The position numbers and the translations under genes are program-made. A stretch of 43,415 bases of DNA from Macrostomum lignano (Eukaryota): NCBI GenBank assembly GCA_002269645.1, contig NIVC01000908.1:1-43415 (forward strand), in the 5' to 3' direction. Shown one piece after another: positions 36,360 to 43,415 of this stretch; the stretch's first letter is position 1, and each line of letters starts with the position of its first letter. Below the pieces are notes generated by a model. It saw only the letters and a list, made by a program, of their open reading frames with translations. It had not been told where the DNA came from and did not search any database.

Positions 36360-36956
36360 CGAAGATTGTTTCTGAAACTGAAAACATTAGTTAAGGTTTG
36401 CGGATTGTAAATGGGCTTATTATTTTTAACGAATTCATGCAACAATATTTTTCAACATTTATTTGTCCATCACTCTATGCGGGCTCGGAAAATGTTTTTC
36501 TTCAAAAGTAGAACTTTGATTAATTTTTTGCATAAACTGTTCCCTTTAATGTTCTCTGCTTCATTAGGAAGCAGTCGGACACAGCAACTTCTTGTACGAG
36601 GTTTCCATTCTTTGCCCTCCTGTGCTTTCTGATTCACCGACACATATGCAATATTTATTCCCGTGTGTTCTGTTACACCTTCCGAAGTGTAGCCTTACTT
36701 GATCCCCCCCGCAGAGGTGAGCCCTTCTTTCGACTAAGCCAAACTACTGCTCTTAACTTCTAGAGATTCTTGTAACAAAAATATTTAACAATGCAAAAAC
36801 TGTGAGCCCACATTATTCAGTCATTTGTTACTAATTAAAATCCATTAATACTTGTTACGTCAAACTTCTACGAATTGTTTTTTTATCTAGTCTGCCGCAC
36901 AACGAGTGTGTCAATAATAACAAAAAAGAGACTCTGACTCAAATACACTTTGATCT

Positions 36957-36996
<40 letters not shown>

Positions 36997-37976
36997 TGTT
37001 TATTACCTGTCAAATCGTTTCGTTATTACGATTTCAGCTTAACTTCCAAAATTCCAAGAGCAGTCGCATTAATTTGGTCCTAAGCTGGAATCTCGGCTTG
37101 GCTCTGCTCATGCAATTAACGCCGTTGGGGGCCAACCCCCCAAGGCAAAGTGAAGTGTACATGCCTAACGATAATATAAAGTTAGGGCCGCTGTCGCTCG
37201 CCGGTTGCGTGACAATGTGCCCTTAACAGGCCCTAACACTGACTTTTAAAAGAAGTTCCTGTTCTGAAATCGAATGCAGACATTTGGCGTTCTCAGTGTG
37301 CTTGAAGAGGAAATTTAGCTATGAAGAGCTTTGACTTTGAGCAATTAAGCTGAGCAAAAGAAAATAATGATCTTGAAGAAGTGCCGAGCAGCAGCAATGC
37401 TGTGGGGCTGCAGCATGTTTATTTTTAGCTCAGCCACCTGCCTGCACACAACAGCCATATTGTCGTTGTCAGAGACAACTGCGAGAACTGCGAGGAATTG
37501 CTCAAAAATGCCTGGCTAACTCTTCTCAGTGAAACCCCTCGCGGCTGGAGAGGGGGGGGGGTAGAGGGGTGTACGGGATTGAGGTACAGCCCCCCCACCC
37601 TGTGCAGTGCTCAGCGGGCTGGGAGAGGCGCTCTCTGTCCCTGCAGCTCCGCCCGCCCTGAGTTAATGAGTAAGCAAGGACGGGGCAAGGCGCGGCAGAG
37701 AGACACGGAGACAAGAGAATAAGAGCCGAGGAAAGAAAATTGAACGGGAGCAATTTTGCGAAAGCAAGTCGAGACTTCGAGGTCTGCGATTAGCCCAAGT
37801 AATAGCCCTCATCAAAAAGCAGGTAAGAAGCTGGCTTAATTTGTACATTTTTTAGCTGCGTTGCTGCATCGTACTGTCATATGGTCCACGTGTAACGCTC
37901 GCAAGACCGCAGTACCGTAGCAATATCGGTAGGAGCCGTTGGCGTGCGCAAGAACTTTTAATTGGAGGGGCCGTAA

Positions 37977-38397
37977 CCCTGTCTCTTGGTGGGCGCTCCT
38001 GTCTCTTGTTAGGCGCCCCTGTCTCTTGGTGGGCGCTCCTGTCTCTTGGTGGGCGCCCCTGTCTCTTGGTGGGCGCTCCTGTCTCTTGGTGGGCGCCCCT
38101 GTCTCTTGGTAGGCGCCCCTGTCTCTTGGTGAGGGTCCCTGTCTCTTGGTGGGCGCCCCTGTCTCTTGGTGGGCGCCCCTGTCTCTTGGTAGGCGCCCCT
38201 GTCTTATTCTTGGTTAGTTTCTGGATTTGCGCATTTTTATAGGGGAGGAGCGCTTCAGGGCCTGGGTTAGGAGCCATACGCCAGTGGTAGGGGCCAAACG
38301 CCAGTGGTAGGGGCCATACGCCAGTGGTAGGGGCCAAACGCCAGTGGTAGGGGCCATACGCCAGTGGTAGGGGCCATACGCCAGTGGTAGGGGCCAG
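37977..38397 (+). repeat. Two adjacent minisatellites: ~20-21 bp (GGCGCCCCTGTCTCTTGGTG, 37977-38205) and 20 bp (ACGCCAGTGGTAGGGGCCAT, 38275-38397)
   Basis: Directly visible. Confidence 0.9.
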
Positions 38398-38555
38398 ATT
38401 GTGTAAACTGTCTATGGCCGTCTAAAAAATCACTTCAAGCCTTTTCTTCCCCAGTGGTTTCAGCATTTTGTTGGCAACTATATATTTTGTAACTGGGCCA
38501 GATTTCTTGCTTGCATTTTCTCTACAATTGCTGTCGCTCTAGTAAATCCGAAATC

Positions 38556-39542
38556 ATGAATTCCAACAAACCGTTACAGCAGAAAGACACGAAACAGTCA
38601 GAAGACCAGCAGAAAAAGAAGCGCAGAGGATCAAGCAAGGAAAGGCGAGAATCGCAGCTGCAGCGAAGTACCATGTCCAAGTACTGGGTTATTGAGCGCG
38701 GCGCTCCGTACTCCACTGAGTACAAGCTGTACTTCTACGGGCCCAACGGGCCAATCTCGCCCTTTCACGACATCCCGCTGTTCGCCTGCTCAGAGAAGCG
38801 CGAGCTCAACATGGTGGTTGAGATTCCTCGCTGGACGAACGCAAAGATGGAGATCAGCAAGGATCAGAGGCTGAACCCCATCGTGCAGGACGTGAAGAAG
38901 GGCAAACTGCGCTATGTTGACAACGTGTTCCCCCACCACGGCTACATCTGGAACTACGGCGCCCTGCCGCAGACTTGGGAGGACCCGAACCACACGGACG
39001 AGCGGACACAGGCCAAGGGAGACAATGACCCGCTAGACGTGTGCGAGATCGGGCACCGGGTCCACCCGCGCGGCTCCGTCATTCAGGTGAAGCCGCTGGG
39101 AATTTTAGCCATGATCGACGAGGGCGAAACCGACTGGAAGCTGCTGGCCATCGACACCTCCGATCCGCTGGCCGAGCAGCTCAACGATGTGTCGGACATC
39201 GAGACGCACATGCCCGGCTTCCTGGACGCGACGCGCGGCTGGTTTCGCAACTACAAGGTGCCGCAGGGCAAGCCGCGCAACGAGTTCGCCTTCGACGGCC
39301 AGTTCCAGAGCCGCGACTTTGCGCTGAGCATCATTGACGAGATGCACCGCAGCTGGCAGTCGCTGGTTGGTCACGTGGTCGATCGGAACTCGATCTCGTG
39401 CGACAACGTCTCCGTGATCGGCAGCGCGTACAAGATCGATCACTCGGAGGCGCGCGAGCTGGTGGAGAAGCAGCCGGCCGTGCAGCCGCCCTGCCCCATT
39501 CCGCCGGAGGTGAACCAGTGGCACTTCATCCCAGCTGAATGA
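38556..39542 (+). CDS. PPA1: Soluble inorganic pyrophosphatase (family I, PPA1/Nurf-38 type), coding region uninterrupted; ATG at 38556 or 38673
   Basis: Motifs SPFHDIPL, VEIPRWTNAKMEI, YIWNYGALPQTWEDP, GDNDPLDVCEIG, DEGETDWK and WFRNYKVPQGK. Confidence 0.95.
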   Translation: MNSNKPLQQKDTKQSEDQQKKKRRGSSKERRESQLQRSTMSKYWVIERGAPYSTEYKLYFYGPNGPISPFHDIPLFACSEKRELNMVVEIPRWTNAKMEISKDQRLNPIVQDVKKGKLRYVDNVFPHHGYIWNYGALPQTWEDPNHTDERTQAKGDNDPLDVCEIGHRVHPRGSVIQVKPLGILAMIDEGETDWKLLAIDTSDPLAEQLNDVSDIETHMPGFLDATRGWFRNYKVPQGKPRNEFAFDGQFQSRDFALSIIDEMHRSWQSLVGHVVDRNSISCDNVSVIGSAYKIDHSEARELVEKQPAVQPPCPIPPEVNQWHFIPAE

Positions 39543-40796
39543 GGTCCAGCATTTTATGACTCAATGGCGGAAATGTGGAGTGTAATCAAATATCTCGATA
39601 GTCTCAATAGTGTTTTCTTGAAACATTCCATTGATGAATTGGAAAAATTGAAGTTATTTCTTTGTTTTTTGCTGTGCTTCGTAAAGTTCGTAAACTTTGT
39701 TTATCCTCTTTGCCCCGCTATTCGTGTCCACTCGCTGCAATCCGATCAGACTCTCCGCTACCTGCCCAGTTTAGCAATGTAGGAAAATTAGATGAAGCTT
39801 TAAACTTATCAGTGTGTTAGTTTTTGGCCTAAATTAAACAGCTTCTTATTAGTTACCACCCTGCTTCTATTTTTTCCTCTGCTGGATTGTTCGGTGTCGC
39901 GTTTTTGCTTGACTTTCCTTGACACACTAATCGGTTCTGATTTCCAAGGGTGAAATTTAGACAAATAAATTTATTGATTTGTTTAAAGTTGTTTGAACTA
40001 GGAATAGCATTTCTTGTCTCATTTCTTAATTGCCGTCAGCGCCGGTTGTCAGGCCATGTCACCGAAGGATGTCGATCGCTATGAAAAGCTTTTTATTTTT
40101 AGTTGAAAATAAATCGATGGGACTTACTGAAAGTAGTATACTGATGCGCTCTTGCGATGGATAGGCAGACAGAATTAGTAATTTTGCTCCCGCGGTGACA
40201 CGCCTACTTGAACCCAATTGTGCAGGCATTGTGCATCAGCAGCGCCCAAGAAGAGCTGGCGCCCCTGCGCAAGACGCCATTCAACTTTTTTTTCAATCTT
40301 CATCCAACAAGGCGCCCGATTTCCTGCTCGGCAGGCGGTCGCTCCATCTCTAATTGTGTCAGTCTTGAGCAGGCATTAAGCCACGGTCGCTTTGTTCGGC
40401 CATCCACTTTCACCCTTGGAAAAGTAATTTTCCTTACTTTCACTAACCGCTTGTAGACAAGCCGTCCCGCTGCGCGCTGAGACCAATAATGACAGCCGCA
40501 ACGCTTCAGTTGAGTCTCTCGCGGCCACACACGGCTCAATGAGCAGCATCTCGCTGGTTTAACAATCTCAGCAGCAGCGAGATGGAAAGGAGACATAACT
40601 CAGGTCACAGATGGCCGGCTCTATAGAATATTCTGCCGCGTAGTGTCATTAATAAGAAATTATCTCCCAGTACCCTCAGCAATAACTTGGCCTATTCAGC
40701 TGGAAGTAACGCAGCTAACCAAGACTTGGCCGCCTGGCTGGGATACTCAGCATTCAGATTTCCTAAGCCATCGACTGCACTAAAACCGTCAAAGAA

Positions 40797-43216
40797 ATGA
40801 AGTCCCGCTCAGTCAGCCTGATATTTAACAGCGGAACTGGCGACAACAGCAGCGAGACCGGCGACGACGAGAGTCTCTCAGGACGTCCGCCAACCATGGC
40901 AGCCGTGGTGACAGCGCCCCCGAATAGACAGCAGCAGCGTTCCGTGCCAAGAGGCGGCAACCTGCCAGCGAACAGCAGTCTCAGAGGCTGTCAGCAGCGC
41001 ACTCAGTCAGAGGCTTCGCTTGTCTCGTTGCCGCGCCTCATCTCGGACGAGGCCGCTGCGGCTGCGGCAGTCGTGACCGGACAGCCAACCGCTTCGTCCA
41101 ATAACGGAGCCTCCGTCCGTCGTCTGCTTCACCTACCAGCCGTGGCCAGGGTCTACCAGTCCTTCAAATCGACGTTTGAGTACAAGCAGCTGTTCGGCCA
41201 GGCTCCAAGAGTCTACGTGCCGTTCGTGGAGGCGGCGGTGTTCGAGCCGCGCTACCTGACCCCCGTGGAGAAGCGCGGCCAGCAGTACATCTTTCCCGGA
41301 TGGTGCTACGGCTGCCGGCTCTGCCTGGGCTGCCTGCACCTCACGAGGCCACAGTATGCCGTTCTGATCATACAAGCTATAATACCAGCTCGATTGTAAA
41401 TTTTGTCCCAACGCCTTCCCTAGGAAATTACTTAACGATCGCTCATTTTTCTTAGCGTCTCAGAGTTTGGTAGCTACATCCTTATAAGCATTGTCTCACT
41501 CTGCCATGACCCATCTCATATGCACCTTTACTTTTCAATACGCAATTGGTAATGATTTGACCTGACACCACAGCCTACACCAGGACAAGGCGGCATCTTC
41601 TCGACTGCAGGCTGACAAACAGCTGGCCAGCAAAGAGCTGACGGCTTCGGTAGAGCTTCTTCTGAAAGGTGGTCGCCAGCCAACTCTGTCTAGCGAGACG
41701 GATGAAAACAGTTGAGTAGCTGCTTGCGCTGTGACCAAGCTCTGATTCATGCATTCTCAGGGACAAGGTCGGTTTGGACTATAACTCTCCTCTTCATCCG
41801 TTCCCGCGCAGTAATCTCGTTGCCCGATTGGGTGGTCAAGGAGATCGAGGACTACTACACGGAGACGGGAATCACTCGTAAGACAACGCCAACCGATGTC
41901 ACCCCTGCAAAGAGCGGCCATCAGTCGAAGGGCTTCTACATCGGCATGCATCAGCAGAGACTGGACGGTGCCGACAGTCCGCACACGCTTGGCGGCAGCA
42001 CCCGAGGCGGCCGTTCGCCATCAGGAGAGACACCCGGTGCCGGCAGCGGTGGGATCAGCAGTGAGGATGAAGTGCTGAACAACGAAGCGGACGGAGGCGT
42101 CATCAAAGTCACCGTCAGTAGCAGGCATCGGGTTGAGGGCGAGAATGAGGCTGACAGAAGCGATGCGAGCGAAGGCGCGGACGATGGGGATGGTAAGGTG
42201 CTGGTAGATGACTGCCGAATATTCCATGGTGAGGATGACTACAGAATTATCCATCCCATGGTGAGGTGCTGGTGGATGACTGCCGAATATTCCATGGTGA
42301 GGTGCTGGTGGATGACTGCAGAATATCACATGGTGAGGTGCTGGTGGATGACTGCAGAATATCCCATGGTGAGGTGCTGGTGGATGACTGCAGAATATCA
42401 CATGGTGAGGTGCTGGTGGATGACTGCAGAATATCCCATGGTGAGGTGCTGGTGGATGACTGCAGAATATCCCATGGTGAGGTGTTGGTGGATGACTGCA
42501 GAATATCCCATGGTGAGGTGCTGGTGGATGACTGCCGAATATTCCATGGTGAGGATGACTACAGAATTATCCATCCCATGGTGAGGTGTTAGTGGATGAC
42601 TGCAGAATATCCCATGGTGAGGTGCTGGTGGATGACTGCCGAATATTCCATGGTGAGGATGACTACAGAATTATCCATCCCATGGTGAGGTGCTGGTGGA
42701 TGACTGCAGAATATCACATGGTGAGGTGCTGGTGGATGACTGCGGAATATCCGATGGTGAGGTGCTGGTGGATGACTGCATGATATCCCATTCCCAGCTA
42801 GATGGAGAAGCGTTATCTATGCATGAGAGCTTCCTTTCTGATTTTATTCCATGCAGAAACTTTCACAGAAAGCACATGCTCACAACTAGCAGTTCGTCAC
42901 ATTTTGAATAATTCCATCGGATTCATGTTTCTCAATTTGAACCCAAGCATCGAGCGAGCAGGAGGACCTCGCCGTCAGCAGCTACGACAGCCACCGCAGA
43001 CGGCGCAGCCATCGTCGGCAGCGCAGACTCCGAATCCGAGCTCGAACCCGACTGTCCACCGTCCCGTCGTCGGCCGACGCTGACGAAGCTGACGATACGG
43101 ACAGCCAAGGCAGCAGCGACGAGGAGGGCGCCGCAGCGAAAACGGACGGAGACAAGGCTAAAAAGCGAAAAAGAAGATTGGTCTTGTATAAAGGTTTCAA
43201 ATCTTTCAAACAGCAA
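40797..43216 (+). CDS. Uncharacterised protein, 5' part. Exons ~40797-41353, 41574-41668, 41812-42192, 42948-43216; probably continues beyond the window
   Basis: Four GC-rich exons join in frame via GT-AG (phases 2, 1, 1). There is weak remembered resemblance to the RGS22/RGSL1 family (LFGQAP..Y, CYGCRLC, GFKSFKQ), unverified. Confidence 0.6.
42195..42790 (+). repeat. 36-bp intronic minisatellite (GGTGAGGTGCTGGTGGATGACTGCAGAATATCCCAT) with a recurring shorter variant
   Basis: About 16 copies, starting right at the donor G|GTAAGG (42192/42193). Confidence 0.93.
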
Positions 43217-43415
43217 GTTGGTACATTAGAGCTAATTATGGTTGAAAAGCTAGCTGTGTTTGAGCGGAAACATGAAGTTTCCACACTAAAAAATGGTTGT
43301 GTGTTCTATGCAGTTTTTATGGGAGCTAAATATTTCCTGAAAACTACAGTAGCAACAACAATGCACCGAATATCTGATAGGCGACTCCACAAGAAGCCGG
43401 ATGCCGCATCAACTG

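Noticed and set aside
41300-41340. 4Fe-4S ferredoxin call for CYGCRLCLGC
   Set aside because: The spacing is x2-x2-x2 rather than the ferredoxin x2-x2-x3-CP, and there is no second motif.

Overview
Eukaryotic (invertebrate) genomic DNA with GC-rich exons, AT-rich spacers and a different mini- or microsatellite in most introns. This style suggests a flatworm such as Macrostomum, which is inference only. Host genes rebuilt by hand from GT-AG junctions: a GABPA-like PNT+ETS factor with two apparent -1 frameshifts, a UBE2Q-type E2, a divergent Hv1-like voltage-sensor protein (minus strand), a weakly supported single-pass membrane protein, an ankyrin/SOCS-box protein, an inorganic pyrophosphatase and the 5' part of an unidentified gene. 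Mobile elements: a full-length DD34D mariner with two nonsense codons, a 5'-truncated RTE-like LINE inside a (GAT)n tract, and a near-intact Ingi/I-group LINE (2A peptide, two PHD fingers, APE, RT, RNase H). Most notable: the Ingi-like LINE and an adjacent 247-bp non-coding element both begin with an HDV-like ribozyme fold whose helices show compensatory base changes. Both sit head-to-tail in one (CAA)n tract with the same CAACA|CCC junction, which looks like an autonomous/non-autonomous ribozyme-headed retroposon pair. The Hv1-like protein carries Gln at the D112 selectivity-filter position. Family comparisons were made from remembered reference sequences, with no database searches. Repeat boundaries are approximate.
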